Assembly: GCA_965215125.1 (NCBI GenBank)
Contig: OZ244052.1
Coordinates: 1,824,001 to 1,888,000, forward strand
Length of the DNA: 64,000 bases
Source: an uncultured candidatus Porisulfidus sp.
GTDB lineage: Bacteria; Pseudomonadota; Gammaproteobacteria; Poriferisulfidales; Oxydemutatoraceae
Direction of reading: 5' to 3'
Of the stretch, positions 7,429-18,857 are shown piece after piece (the first letter of the stretch is position 1; every line of letters begins with the position of its first letter). Below the pieces are notes generated by a model. That model searched no databases and was not told the DNA's origin. It was given only the letters and a program-made list of their open reading frames with translations. The translations under genes were made by a program, and so were the position numbers.

Positions 7429-10400
7429 ATGAAAAATTTTCTAAAACCAGCTTTGATTACAGCATTAATTTTCTTATCTCATATCGTGTTTGTTAATACC
7501 GCAAGCGCACAAACAGCACTTCCTGAGGCATGCAATACCCTTGATGTTGACGATGATAGCGACGGACTTATAGAAATATGTTATTTGGAAGACTTAAATG
7601 CAATCCGCTTCGTGCTTGATGGTTCCGGCTATAAAGCAGACAGCATGGCAACCACGAGTACTCTGGGTTGCCCATCTGATGGTTGTGTAGGTTACGAACT
7701 AGTCAGAGATTTAGACTTTAACGACGATGACAGCTATAGTTCAACGGCCAGCAGGATTACATGGACTACGGGACAAGGCTGGGAGCCGATTGGGGAGTTT
7801 TCTGATGCTTTCAGGGGCGAGTTTGAAGGCAACGATTTTACGATTTCTAATCTGACGATTGACAGAAGTGGCACAAGTAACATAGGTTTGTTCGGTGTTA
7901 CGGGAATTGATGCTGAAATCGCTAATGTTGGTTTGCTAAATGTAAGTATTATAGGAGATGATAGTTTTATAGGCGGTTTAGTCGGTGGGAATACTGGTTC
8001 TATCACGAACAGCTATGCGACGGGTTCTGTCTCGGGAGATGAAGGTATAGGCGGTTTAGTCGGTGGGAATACTGGTTCTATCACGAACAGCTATGCGACG
8101 GGTTCTGTTTCAGGAGATGATAGTAGTGTAGGCGGTTTAGTCGGTGATAATGAAGACGGCACCATCACGAACAGCTATGCGACGGGTTCTGTTTCAGGAG
8201 ATGATAGTTTTATAGGCGGTTTAGTCGGTGATAATGAAGACGGCACCATCACGAACAGCTATGCGACGGGTTCTGTTTCAGGAGATGATAGTAGTGTAGG
8301 CGGTTTAGTCGGTGATAATGAAGACGGCACCATCACGAACAGCTATGCGACGGGTTCTGTTTCAGGAGATGATAGTAGTGTAGGCGGTTTAGTCGGTGAT
8401 AATGAAGACGGCACCATCACGAACAGCTATGCGACGGGTTCTGTTTCAGGAGATGATGATGTAGGCGGTTTAGTCGGTTTTAATGATGGCACGATCACGA
8501 ACAGCTATTGGGATATAAGTACCAGTGGAATAGCAGAAGGTTTCAATGGCATGGGTAAAACTACAAAGGAACTGCAATCACCAACAACGGCAACCGGAAT
8601 ATATAGTAGCTGGAGTCCTGATGTTTGGGATTTCGGCACATCCGAGCAATACCCGGTCGGTATCAGACACACAAACGCACCGAGATTTCAGCCGCTTGCG
8701 TGTGCAGCATTCTTTCCGAATATAGGTCAAACAGAACTGTTCTTTAGGACACAGGGCACTGCCGTTAATGAAAATGGCTTTACTATAGACCTTCCTAGGA
8801 TAAGTCCTAGGTCTGTTGAACAAATCGGAGAGACCATCGGTACCATTTCGGTGATCAAAGTAACATTGAATGAAGAAATTGTAGCCGATGATTCAATTTC
8901 GGTAAGTTACAAGCCAACTTCGGAAACACCCGATGACGAAGCAATTAGTGCTTCTTGTAGTTCTGCTTTGGGCCTAGATTCCGATGGCGACGGTATCATT
9001 GATGTAGCAGACAACAATCCTTTTGATGAAGATGATAGGTCTATCAACACCAATGTTGCCTCGGAAACACGAATAGCCCCGGCACCCACCACTTCTAGCG
9101 TTTTTTATAGTCGCGGCACGGTCATAAGAAGCCTTTTAAGAGGTGAAGAATTCACTTACATAAGCGGGAACGATCAAGGTGAGTTTGTTAGAGAAACATT
9201 TACCGAAAATATGGCGATGACCCCGGCGCGGTACTTCGGCATCAATGGTGGTTCTGCCGTTAGGATATTCCGAGACGAAGAGACGGATGGGATATTCCGG
9301 GATGAGTCGGATTCGTCAAGAGAAACATGCGGTGAGATCCGTGGAATCATTGAAAGGGAGTACCATTTGAATAAGATAAGAATAAACCAACATTGTACGG
9401 ATGTAACCGATAACTTTGGTGATGAACCTGAGGGCGAGAGACGGTATTGGTGGGCGGCAGTTGACAACAACGGCTATTTAACCAGCGAATTTTTGAGCTT
9501 CGAGGTTCGCGTATTGCCGGAGATAAATTTGCTAAGCCAATCCTCTTATCTACATGCCGTTGCAACTACTAAAACTATTTATACGGCTGTTTTATACCAA
9601 GGTATTGAAATGAACTCTTTCTCGGTGGGTTCCGACACAACACCGTCAGCTCTACAATCTACGGATTATAGTATAGTTACCGCTTATGGAACATTTGTAG
9701 GCAATAGTTTTTCTTTAAGACAACCGCAACCGGGGGAGACCATTCGCCATTGGATAGGCGGTTCATCAACTTGGTATCCTAATGCCGGCACTATAGGTCC
9801 TATAGAGGGTGGTCATAATTTTAATGACGCTATTATTTATGCAGCAGGTGCAAATAACTCTGTTGACATTAAAGTAGCAGAGGCTGACGAACCTGTAACT
9901 CAAATAAGTTATGTAGTCCTATATGACCCTAACGAAGCAAGAACGGTCACATCTATGGTTGCGGGAAGAACTTACTTGGTGGAAACAGGCTTCTCGACAA
10001 ATATTGCGGATATAACGAACCAAATTGAAATAATGGCACTTGATGGATATACGGTAATGACGACTACAACCGGTGTTTCCACGAGAATCAATGCCGAAGG
10101 GAATAGTGTCACAGAGAACATTCATAGGATTGTGCTTCGCGTCAATGATATTAGTACTACGAGAACGATTACGGTCGGTTGGAATAGGATCGGCACCCTA
10201 GAAGATTTAAGATATACATATCTTGCAACACCCACAGAACCTGAAAACTATACTGATTTAGACTTCGATGTTGACCGTATTCCGGATAGCGTGGATTTTG
10301 CCCCTAATTATCCTCGTATTCTTCAAGTTGCCGTTGAAAATACGGTGACAGCGGTAAATTTCTTGGCAACGGATAGTTTTCAGCCATTATTTGTTACTGA

Positions 10401-13400
10401 TTTGGGTTTAATCATAGCTAAAAACCAAGGCGAGAGTGAAGTTACCTATTCCGTAGCGAATATCCCATACGATCAATTAAGTGAAGAAACAAAAGACTTT
10501 CTTGCATTCACTGATGATGGGTTAGATAGGAGTTTTGTTTCGGCAATAGAAGATGTCTCTTACACAATAGATACCATAGGAACATACGGGATTGTGGTAG
10601 ATTACGCTATCAATAGCGAAGGCAAAGCAACAGGAAGTATCACCTATACTTCTTTCCCGATATCAACCCCCGAATTTGAGACTTTATCGGTTCTGCAATA
10701 CGACTATGACTCTAATCGTTGGAAAGATTTTAAGCGGGATAACACACAGGACGGGTATGCCGATACTTGGTATGCAATAAGGCATCCGAACCCGGGCTCC
10801 GAGATATGTCCGACTGATATTAGACCATATAGGGAGGGAAATATTGGACAGTCAGACCACATTGGCGACTATTTTTTGTCGGGTATGCATGAAGAACATT
10901 GTATCATGCTGGTTGTTACCGACGGTGGTCCTTATGATTCTACCGGCTTAGACGGAATTGTTGGAAGCGGCGCAGGTATAGCAAGGGACGACATTTCCGT
11001 TTCTGATCGTGGGCCTGGACTTGTCTGTTCAGCATTCTTTCCGAATATAGGTCAAACAGAACTATTCTTTAGGACACAGGGCACTGCCGTTAATGAAAAT
11101 GGCTTTACCATAGACGGTCGTACGATAAGTCCTAGGTCTGTTGAACAAATCGGAGAGACCATCGGTACCGTTTCGGTGCTCAAAGTAACATTGAATGAAG
11201 AAATTGTAGCCGATGATTCAATTTCGGTAAGTTACAAGCCAACTTCGGAAACACCCGACGACGAAGCAATTAGTGCTTCTTGTAGTTCTGATTCGCGCCT
11301 AGACTCCGACTCCGATGGCGACGGTATCATTGATGTGGCAGACAACAATCCTTTTGATGAAGATGATAGTTCTATCAATACCAATGTTGCCTCGGCAACA
11401 CCGATAGCCCCGGCACCCACCACTTCTAGCGTTTTTTATAGTCGCGGCACGGTCATAAGAAGCCTTTTAAGAGGCGACGAGTTCACTTATATAGATAGTG
11501 AACAGGGTGAGTTTGTTAGAGAAACATTTACCGCAGCTATGACCCCAGCACAGTATTTCGGCATAGCCGATCCTGATGCTAGGATATTCCGAGATGATGG
11601 TGAGCAGTGCGCTAGAATACTAGAAACTTATAGTTCTGACAGTTACCACTTTAATAAAATAAACATAGCCGAACATTGTACGGATATAACCGATAGCTTG
11701 GGCGATGAACCTGCGGGTGAGCGTCCTTATGTGTGGGTGACAGTTAACAACAACGGCCATATAACTAGCGAATTTTTGACTTTCAATGTTGAAGTGTTGC
11801 CGGAAATAAATTTCTCCGGTCAGGCTTCGTATTTATACACTAATTCTCCTTCTACTCGCCAAACCGTTGTTATTTCAACGTATAACAGTGATTCTGATTC
11901 GCCTTCATTTATTGATGTGACAGTACGAAGTGGCAATATAGCTACGACACCTTCGTCTGTCACAGAGACACAGGAGAGCCTGAGGGTAAGAGTTCTTCCC
12001 GACTTAGAATTTATAGCAGAGGGAGAATATACCATCGCAACTTCAGCATCTCCGATGCCGGGTCAAACCATTACTCATTGGTTGGGTACATCGGTAGTAG
12101 ATGATGAAGAGGGAGAGACTATGGCATGGCATCCTGCCACCACATCGCTACGACCTAGAGAAGGAGGTGTTATACAAGATGAAGATGATTTTGCTGATTC
12201 TGATGATGATGGTGTTAGTGAATACGAGTATGCAATAGGTCCTAACAACAACATTGATGTCAGACTAGTAGCAGCAGACGAAGACATCACTCGAATTCGT
12301 CAAGTGTGGTTGTATGAAGTTGAAAATCCGGAGACGACCACAAACCAAGTATTCCAAGTCTCCTCTGTGGTAGCAGGGAGAACCTATTATGCCATAGCGG
12401 ACTTTGAGGCAAGTACTGACACCATAACAATCGAAAGGTCGCCAACGGTGGTGGAAGGCTATACAATTACGGAAACCACACCTACCGCTATAGAGGCTAT
12501 TCGTAGTGACATCGGTCGCGATGAAGTGGGTTTAGTATCTGACGCTATTATTCAGTTCACGGTGAGCGATGATTTTACACCACCTACCGAAATCACCGTA
12601 GGCTGGGATAGCATCGGCAGTGCTGAAAGAGTAATAGAAACATATCTTGTAAACACCGAACAACCTCCATATTATGACCAAACCGATACGAACAGGAACA
12701 ACATTCCCGACAATGCCGACTTAAACCTTAACGATAATAGACTACAGGTTGGCACGGGTGACAATAACACTGTTGATTATCTATCAACACAGGGAGATCA
12801 GCCGGTATTCTTAACCTACGAAGCACTTGTTATAGCAAACGATATTGTTATGGAAGCTATAAACCCTATGGACGACCCGAACCCGAGTCGTTTTTATTCT
12901 GCGGCAGATATTGACTATGGTGGCTTAAGTGAGGGAGTGAGAGCAACACTTGGTTTTGATGAAGCAGACAGAGCCTTTGAAGAAGAAGACGAAGACGGCA
13001 TACCGATAATGCCGGTAGATGTGCCGATAGAAAGACTAGCTGCCTTCGGGGTTCGAGAAGTAGATTATCAAATAGATGATAACAATCGAGTAGTAGGAGG
13101 TATTACTCATACGGTTTTCCCGATTTCATCTAATGAGCCTGGAGAAATTTTATATGTAGGAAAATACAACAGGTTGGCCGAGCGTTGGGAACGTTTTGAG
13201 AGAGGCACCTTTGTAGGTGGATATAGTCAAGCTAATGAGCGTTGGGAGCTTTTTGAAGGTGGCACTAGCTATCCTGACACTTGGTATGGAATTGTGCGGC
13301 CGAATAATAGCGGACCCTGTCCGACCAGTATAGAAGAATACAAAAATAGACATCAAGCAGCCGGTGAAGACGGTCAAGGTTTTGTTTCGGGTGCTCAAAA

Positions 13401-13641
13401 CTGTATCATGCTGGCGATCACCGATGGGGGTCCTTATGATAGTAGTGGCTTAGACGGCAGAGTGGTTGATGACACTGCAGCTACGGTTAGAAGGCTTTTG
13501 GTTCGAGCGGCTATTCGTGCCATTCTTACCGGTGGATTTGGGAGCGGTGCTGTTGATATGGGTGATGTAATATTGCTTTTGATGGCTTTGCTATCGTTAG
13601 TGGCAATAACGATGAGACGAATAAGGAAAAAACATTATTGA
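7429..13641 (+). CDS. Giant secreted surface protein with GLUG repeats, a duplicated module and a GlyGly-CTERM-like anchor
   Basis: SD AAGGAG, signal peptide, GGLVG/GLUG repeats, DxDGDG Ca-binding motifs, two CIMLxxTDGGPYD domains, and a GGFGSG + TM + RRIRKK tail. Confidence 0.85.
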   Translation: MKNFLKPALITALIFLSHIVFVNTASAQTALPEACNTLDVDDDSDGLIEICYLEDLNAIRFVLDGSGYKADSMATTSTLGCPSDGCVGYELVRDLDFNDDDSYSSTASRITWTTGQGWEPIGEFSDAFRGEFEGNDFTISNLTIDRSGTSNIGLFGVTGIDAEIANVGLLNVSIIGDDSFIGGLVGGNTGSITNSYATGSVSGDEGIGGLVGGNTGSITNSYATGSVSGDDSSVGGLVGDNEDGTITNSYATGSVSGDDSFIGGLVGDNEDGTITNSYATGSVSGDDSSVGGLVGDNEDGTITNSYATGSVSGDDSSVGGLVGDNEDGTITNSYATGSVSGDDDVGGLVGFNDGTITNSYWDISTSGIAEGFNGMGKTTKELQSPTTATGIYSSWSPDVWDFGTSEQYPVGIRHTNAPRFQPLACAAFFPNIGQTELFFRTQGTAVNENGFTIDLPRISPRSVEQIGETIGTISVIKVTLNEEIVADDSISVSYKPTSETPDDEAISASCSSALGLDSDGDGIIDVADNNPFDEDDRSINTNVASETRIAPAPTTSSVFYSRGTVIRSLLRGEEFTYISGNDQGEFVRETFTENMAMTPARYFGINGGSAVRIFRDEETDGIFRDESDSSRETCGEIRGIIEREYHLNKIRINQHCTDVTDNFGDEPEGERRYWWAAVDNNGYLTSEFLSFEVRVLPEINLLSQSSYLHAVATTKTIYTAVLYQGIEMNSFSVGSDTTPSALQSTDYSIVTAYGTFVGNSFSLRQPQPGETIRHWIGGSSTWYPNAGTIGPIEGGHNFNDAIIYAAGANNSVDIKVAEADEPVTQISYVVLYDPNEARTVTSMVAGRTYLVETGFSTNIADITNQIEIMALDGYTVMTTTTGVSTRINAEGNSVTENIHRIVLRVNDISTTRTITVGWNRIGTLEDLRYTYLATPTEPENYTDLDFDVDRIPDSVDFAPNYPRILQVAVENTVTAVNFLATDSFQPLFVTDLGLIIAKNQGESEVTYSVANIPYDQLSEETKDFLAFTDDGLDRSFVSAIEDVSYTIDTIGTYGIVVDYAINSEGKATGSITYTSFPISTPEFETLSVLQYDYDSNRWKDFKRDNTQDGYADTWYAIRHPNPGSEICPTDIRPYREGNIGQSDHIGDYFLSGMHEEHCIMLVVTDGGPYDSTGLDGIVGSGAGIARDDISVSDRGPGLVCSAFFPNIGQTELFFRTQGTAVNENGFTIDGRTISPRSVEQIGETIGTVSVLKVTLNEEIVADDSISVSYKPTSETPDDEAISASCSSDSRLDSDSDGDGIIDVADNNPFDEDDSSINTNVASATPIAPAPTTSSVFYSRGTVIRSLLRGDEFTYIDSEQGEFVRETFTAAMTPAQYFGIADPDARIFRDDGEQCARILETYSSDSYHFNKINIAEHCTDITDSLGDEPAGERPYVWVTVNNNGHITSEFLTFNVEVLPEINFSGQASYLYTNSPSTRQTVVISTYNSDSDSPSFIDVTVRSGNIATTPSSVTETQESLRVRVLPDLEFIAEGEYTIATSASPMPGQTITHWLGTSVVDDEEGETMAWHPATTSLRPREGGVIQDEDDFADSDDDGVSEYEYAIGPNNNIDVRLVAADEDITRIRQVWLYEVENPETTTNQVFQVSSVVAGRTYYAIADFEASTDTITIERSPTVVEGYTITETTPTAIEAIRSDIGRDEVGLVSDAIIQFTVSDDFTPPTEITVGWDSIGSAERVIETYLVNTEQPPYYDQTDTNRNNIPDNADLNLNDNRLQVGTGDNNTVDYLSTQGDQPVFLTYEALVIANDIVMEAINPMDDPNPSRFYSAADIDYGGLSEGVRATLGFDEADRAFEEEDEDGIPIMPVDVPIERLAAFGVREVDYQIDDNNRVVGGITHTVFPISSNEPGEILYVGKYNRLAERWERFERGTFVGGYSQANERWELFEGGTSYPDTWYGIVRPNNSGPCPTSIEEYKNRHQAAGEDGQGFVSGAQNCIMLAITDGGPYDSSGLDGRVVDDTAATVRRLLVRAAIRAILTGGFGSGAVDMGDVILLLMALLSLVAITMRRIRKKHY
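7954..8510 (+). repeat. Coding tandem repeat, 84-bp period (GLUG units)
   Basis: Near-identical units start at 8113, 8197, 8281, 8365 and 8449, plus two shorter upstream variants. Confidence 0.95.
8705..11490 (+). repeat. Intragenic direct duplication (~8705-9160 vs ~11030-11490)
   Basis: Near-identical DNA encoding AFFPNIGQTELFFRTQG...RSLLRG. Confidence 0.9.
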
Positions 13642-13693
13642 ACCTAATTAGCAAGTAATGTCTATGCGCTTATAAATATCCGTTGATGTAGAG

Positions 13694-16600
13694 GTGGCTA
13701 AAAGCATGCGTCCCACTTTGAACCGGGTTTCGCTTGCTTTAGCCGTCTTCATTGGTGCGATTTTGCTGATCGGCATAACCGTGCGGGGGTTTATATATGA
13801 TATAGAGCGGTATCGCGAGGTTATTAGCTCACAAATTGCCGAAACACTCAAACTCAATGTCTCTGTCGGCAAACTGGAGAGAGGCGTGGGTTTGCTTAAT
13901 CCGGTCATTTATGCAGAGCAAGCAAAATTTTCAATATCCGATGATTTTGACCGGCCATTGTTGGTTAAGCAAACCGAAATAGTTCTGAAATTGCTTGGCT
14001 CTGTATTGAGTATAGAACCACGCGTTCAATCGATTAAAATGCGAGGTGTAGAATCTGCGTTATCCACCGACATGGGAAATAGCGCATTATACCTGCCTCG
14101 GATTGGTCGGGAATTTCATCGGTCGGAACAATGGTTTGATATAAACCGGCTGCTCACCGATACCGTAGCCATTGCTCACTACGACTTAAACTTCCACGAT
14201 GTATTGCTGTATTGGGATGATAAAAACATGGAGGACATTAAGACTTTCCATTTAGAACATTTGATCGTAAACTCTCAACACCATCAAACCCGACTTAGTG
14301 CGGCAACACGGCTACCTGAACCATTGGGAGAAAATCTAACTTTAACTGCCACACTTAAGCACGACCCGTCTAATCTCGCCGGCGATTTCTATATCAATGT
14401 AAAAAACTTGGATATAACTAGACTTTACCAACTGGCAAATACACAATCTATCAATGAAGGCATATTGCAAACCGAACTACACGGGCGGATTTCATACCAA
14501 CGGGGCATGGAAAAGCTAAGCGGTACCTTAGCACTAAAAGATGGGCAAATCCACGGATTGAATCTAGACAATACGGTGCCTGATGTTGAAACCGAACTCA
14601 GCCGGCAAGCACAAAAGCATAACAGGGAATTAAACCTTAACGGCTTATTTGTTCAAGATGAGAACACGATTATTCAAAATGCCGATTTTATGGTTATCCA
14701 AACAAGGAATGAAGAGGACTACCACGGTAAACTTCAGTTCCGCTCGGATAACATGTCTCCTGTCGTATATAATGAAATTCTTGCTTATGCTAAAACCAAT
14801 TTTAGTATTGAACAAAGTTATACTGCAGCTTCGGTTGATAAGCAGGTCATAGATTTGACATTACACGCCGGTCATTCCTCGGATTGGTTTGCATCACCAC
14901 ATGACTGGTCGCCTATGCAGCCGGCATCGGATGCCGATATGCCGAAATTGTTGAGTGGGGATTTTGAGTTGGTATTGAACGATGTTGGTTTTAAGTGGAA
15001 TCAATGGCATACACCGCAAAATTTAAAGCATGTCAAATTAAAAGGAAATTATAAACGCAGTGCCGGACACAACGAATGGAATCCTGAGCAACTATATATT
15101 AAGGATATCAATGTAAACCTTAAAGAACCACAATTGAATTTAAGCCAAGTAGAAGGACATCTATATTTTAATAAATCCGGTGTGCGGTCGGACAACAATG
15201 GTGCGCTATTGAACGAAACCTATGCACTGACTGCAATCATTGAGCCCCAAAGGGAATTGACCTTATTAAAAATGCAATCCGATATGCCCTTTCCATCCGA
15301 CTATATGGGGAATTTCTCGTTGCCGGCAAACGCTATTGATATTGCTACCGATATTTGGTACGGGGAGTTTCTATTGCCTTCATTGTATGCAGAGGCGCAA
15401 CACACATTACAGCTAAAGTTAAATTCGGACCTGAAAAGTTTAACGGTTAACATGCCTGTCCCGCTAAATAAACGCGCAAGTGAAGTGGAGAATTCCACAC
15501 GGATTGAGCAAATTACGACCGCCGATAGCAATCAATTTAACTACGGCAACCGCTTTCGTTCAACACTAAAAGTTGCCCAAGCCGGGGATGTAACAGGTTC
15601 ACCTGAACTATCACCCCCAATTGACTATGATCTGCACGAAATTCAGCACGATGATTGGTTTACGGGGCGTGGTGTAATTCCTCGCCTTTCTATTAATCAA
15701 TGGCTTGATTGGCTGTCAAATTATTCGGACATAACAACACACTCTGCGCCTTATACACAAGATGTAGATGTGTTAATAGAAGAGCTTGTTTGGGGCACTT
15801 CAACTATGCACCAAGTTCATTTAACCGTCAAACGGCAACAAAACAAAACATTACTATCATTTGATTCGGAAGAAATCAAAGGGCTTGCTACTATTCCTGT
15901 CAACAGAGACGAGCGCATAGATATAGATTTAGATCACCTTGTACTAAAAGGTGCCTCCGCTTTTGATTTTCCCCAACTAGAACTCACCGCCTTCTCACCT
16001 ATGACCATCAATGTAAGCCGGCTTAAGAAAGATCATTTTGATATAGAAAACCTTGAAGTAGTACTGTCACCTGCAAGCAATGGATTACGCATAGAAAAAA
16101 TAAGTTTCAATAAAAAAGAAGGGGACAAGACACTGATACAAGCACATTTAGAGGGCAACTGGACAAAAATAATCGATAGGGATTATAGCGACTTTAGTTT
16201 TCTGTTAGAAAGCGACGACTACGGCCAATTGTTACAAAACTGGGGATTTTATGACGAAATGAAAGGAGGGCAAGGACAAATTAATGGTCAATTACACTGG
16301 AACAATAGCCCGATGGATTTTAAGCAACATCAATTACAAGGGCTAGTCCGATTAGAAATTAGTGATGGAGTTCTTGAAGCTGTTAATCCAAGAATGTCTA
16401 AGATATTGAGTTTGTTAAATATTGATGCATTCTTAAAACGTTTAACCGATAATTTCAAAAATACTTCCGAAAATGTCTCTCAAAAGGGGCTTGCGTTTGA
16501 TAGCATGCAAGGCTATTTAGAATTCCAAAAAGCGGACTTGATAATTAAAAATCTCGATATCAATACTACTACTTTTGATATGAAAATCGTAGGGCGTACC

Positions 16601-16846
16601 GACATCGTTCAGGAGCATTACGACCAAAAAATCACGATAACCCCTAAGATGGGCAGTAACATTAAGCATTTAGCCTCTTTTTTGAGTAGTGACATAGTGT
16701 ATACTGCTTCACTATTATTCAACAAGTTCGCCAAACTAGATAAAGCGATTGATAAATCTGCCACTTTAGAATATACCCTAAAAGGAAGCTGGGACAACCC
16801 TGAGGTAGAAGCTGTTAATACCTCTCTGACCCCGGAACCCGACTAA
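13694..16846 (+). CDS. YhdP/AsmA-like lipid transport protein
   Basis: N-terminal TM helix, and AsmA2-like C-terminus (GLAFDSMQG...EYTLKGSWDNPEV). Confidence 0.7.
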   Translation: MAKSMRPTLNRVSLALAVFIGAILLIGITVRGFIYDIERYREVISSQIAETLKLNVSVGKLERGVGLLNPVIYAEQAKFSISDDFDRPLLVKQTEIVLKLLGSVLSIEPRVQSIKMRGVESALSTDMGNSALYLPRIGREFHRSEQWFDINRLLTDTVAIAHYDLNFHDVLLYWDDKNMEDIKTFHLEHLIVNSQHHQTRLSAATRLPEPLGENLTLTATLKHDPSNLAGDFYINVKNLDITRLYQLANTQSINEGILQTELHGRISYQRGMEKLSGTLALKDGQIHGLNLDNTVPDVETELSRQAQKHNRELNLNGLFVQDENTIIQNADFMVIQTRNEEDYHGKLQFRSDNMSPVVYNEILAYAKTNFSIEQSYTAASVDKQVIDLTLHAGHSSDWFASPHDWSPMQPASDADMPKLLSGDFELVLNDVGFKWNQWHTPQNLKHVKLKGNYKRSAGHNEWNPEQLYIKDINVNLKEPQLNLSQVEGHLYFNKSGVRSDNNGALLNETYALTAIIEPQRELTLLKMQSDMPFPSDYMGNFSLPANAIDIATDIWYGEFLLPSLYAEAQHTLQLKLNSDLKSLTVNMPVPLNKRASEVENSTRIEQITTADSNQFNYGNRFRSTLKVAQAGDVTGSPELSPPIDYDLHEIQHDDWFTGRGVIPRLSINQWLDWLSNYSDITTHSAPYTQDVDVLIEELVWGTSTMHQVHLTVKRQQNKTLLSFDSEEIKGLATIPVNRDERIDIDLDHLVLKGASAFDFPQLELTAFSPMTINVSRLKKDHFDIENLEVVLSPASNGLRIEKISFNKKEGDKTLIQAHLEGNWTKIIDRDYSDFSFLLESDDYGQLLQNWGFYDEMKGGQGQINGQLHWNNSPMDFKQHQLQGLVRLEISDGVLEAVNPRMSKILSLLNIDAFLKRLTDNFKNTSENVSQKGLAFDSMQGYLEFQKADLIIKNLDINTTTFDMKIVGRTDIVQEHYDQKITITPKMGSNIKHLASFLSSDIVYTASLLFNKFAKLDKAIDKSATLEYTLKGSWDNPEVEAVNTSLTPEPD

Positions 16847-16859
16847 CCCATCTACCTCC

Positions 16860-17060
16860 GCAACCGCTCCACGTCACATAATTCTGCCAACCACGCTACG
16901 ACTCATTGAATACTTTTCAACAGCTCCACTGCACAACCACCCCATGGAAAGGTTTTACATTTTGCATATATGCTAGGGTTCTGCACAATGTCACGCCGTT
17001 TGTGCTACTGCAACAAATGGCGGTTCTATTACGCCTGCCACCCCTCTGAAGGGGGGGAAT
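16860..17060. repeat. Composite intergenic repeat (MITE end + hairpin module B + CCCCTC/GGGG module A)
   Basis: TTTTCAACAGCTCC, CAACCACCCCATGGAAAGG, CACGCCG-stem-GGCGGTTCTAT and GCCTGCCACCCCTC are shared with the other copies. Confidence 0.8.
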
Positions 17061-17069
17061 GTGCTGCCG

Positions 17070-18827
17070 CTACGACAGCGGCTGGCTTTTTAATTTGTGT
17101 AGGTGCTTGAGTAAATCGTGCATTTTTATTTGTCCGGAGCCGTCGGTTGATAATTCTTTTTGCAGTTGTTCAATTTTTTGTTCGGTTATCTCTATTTCCA
17201 GTTGGCGCATTGCATCCTTGAATTCTATTTCGGTATCGGCTTCGGGTGCGGTGGATGTCGTCAGCAGGCGAGCGAGGTTTTCTTGATGCAAACTTTCCCT
17301 AAAGGATTCAACGATGCTTGCAGTGCTGGATAGTTTTTTATGTTTTATGCAGTCAATCACATCGGCAAGTAGTTCTGCGCCGGGTTTTTGCAGTCCGCGT
17401 ATTTTATCAGCGGCAAGTGCCTGATCCGCCAGCGAGGGTTTTGCCAATAATGCGCGCAGTGCGACCGTAACCGTTGAATACAAAATCTTTTTTTTCGCCT
17501 CATCGCTTCCTCCGGTTTTGGTGAAAGATTTTTTAGCCCCGTAGTCGGTCTTTAATTTATCTACATCTATATTGATTTGTTCTGCCAGACGTTTGAACAT
17601 TAATTCTCTGAACATGCCTTGGGGCAGCTGCATTATCAAGGATCTAAGTGATTTGGCATAGCGGGTTGCATGGGCAGGATTATTCAAGTCTAGTCCTTGC
17701 GAGTGATGTGTGAACAAGAAGTCCGCCAGGGGCACTGCTTCTGCAAGTTGTTTATTAAATACTTCGTAGCCGTGTTGTGTGATATAGCTGTCGGGGTCTT
17801 CGCCGGAGGGTAAGAACATAAAGTTAATGCTACAGCCGTCGGTGAATACCGAGAGTGCTTGTTTTGCAGCTTCAATCGCTGCTCGTCGTCCTGCGCTGTC
17901 GCCGTCAAAGCAGAATATCAGATTGGAACTAAAGCGCAGTGCGATGCGAATATGGGTTTGAGTCGTTGCGGTGCCTAAAGTTGCTACCACGTTGCGTACA
18001 CCGTGCTGGGATAAGGATACTGCATCCATATAGCCCTCTACGAATAATAAGCAGCGTAGATCGCGCACTTTTTTCAGTTCGTGCAAGCCGTACAGCGTGT
18101 TTCTTTTTTTGAATAGAGGTGTTTCCGGAGAATTCATATATTTCGGCAGTCTATCTTGTTTTTGCTTTTTGTTTTCCAAGAGGCGACCGCCGAATGCAAT
18201 CACATTACCGCGTCGGTCGCGTATCGGGAACATCAAACGGTCTCTAAACTTTTCGTACGGTCGATTGCCACTTTGAGCGAGCAAACCGACGGTAATCAGC
18301 GTTTTCTCGTCGTAGGCGGAACCTAGGCATTGTTTCAGATAAGGTTTGTCGGGTGCGTATCCGATTGCAAAATCGGCAGCAGTTTCCGGTGTAATGCCTC
18401 GCCCTCGCAAATAACCGCTCGCTTGTGCGTTTTGTTTCAGTTGTGCTCTATAAAACTCGGATACTTTATTCATTATCGTGTGCATCTTTTCAAAACGTTT
18501 TTGGTCTTCGGTTGATACACGAGTATTTAGGCGAGGCACTTCCATGCCTGCATGACGCGCCAGCTCTTCCACCGCCTCTTGAAAAGTCATACGCTGGTGT
18601 TCCATTAAAAATTTTATAGCACCGCCCGAGGCATGACAGCCGAAGCAATAGTAGAGACCTTTATCGCGGCTAACCGAAAAAGATGGGGTTTTTTCATCGT
18701 GAAAAGGGCAGCACGCCATATAAGAGCGTCCCGATTTTTTCAGCGGGGTCGGTATATAGCGGTTGATTAACGCAACGATGTCGGTGCGCGTAAGCAATTC
18801 GTCTATAAAAGTAGAAGGAATACTCAT
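17070..18827 (-). CDS. dnaG: DNA primase
   Basis: CPFHDEKTPSF zinc finger, KYMNSPET, VEGYMD, FDGDSAG. Likely start MSIP at 18827. Confidence 0.97.
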   Translation of the reverse strand: MSIPSTFIDELLTRTDIVALINRYIPTPLKKSGRSYMACCPFHDEKTPSFSVSRDKGLYYCFGCHASGGAIKFLMEHQRMTFQEAVEELARHAGMEVPRLNTRVSTEDQKRFEKMHTIMNKVSEFYRAQLKQNAQASGYLRGRGITPETAADFAIGYAPDKPYLKQCLGSAYDEKTLITVGLLAQSGNRPYEKFRDRLMFPIRDRRGNVIAFGGRLLENKKQKQDRLPKYMNSPETPLFKKRNTLYGLHELKKVRDLRCLLFVEGYMDAVSLSQHGVRNVVATLGTATTQTHIRIALRFSSNLIFCFDGDSAGRRAAIEAAKQALSVFTDGCSINFMFLPSGEDPDSYITQHGYEVFNKQLAEAVPLADFLFTHHSQGLDLNNPAHATRYAKSLRSLIMQLPQGMFRELMFKRLAEQINIDVDKLKTDYGAKKSFTKTGGSDEAKKKILYSTVTVALRALLAKPSLADQALAADKIRGLQKPGAELLADVIDCIKHKKLSSTASIVESFRESLHQENLARLLTTSTAPEADTEIEFKDAMRQLEIEITEQKIEQLQKELSTDGSGQIKMHDLLKHLHKLKSQPLS

Positions 18828-18857
18828 TTCGTCCAACGATAACGGACAAGCAAGTAT

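Noticed and set aside
7954-8510. CRISPR or DGR repeats
   Set aside because: In-frame coding tandem repeats without unique spacers. There is no reverse transcriptase in the window, and I saw no adenine-specific mismatch pattern here or in the 8705/11030 duplication.
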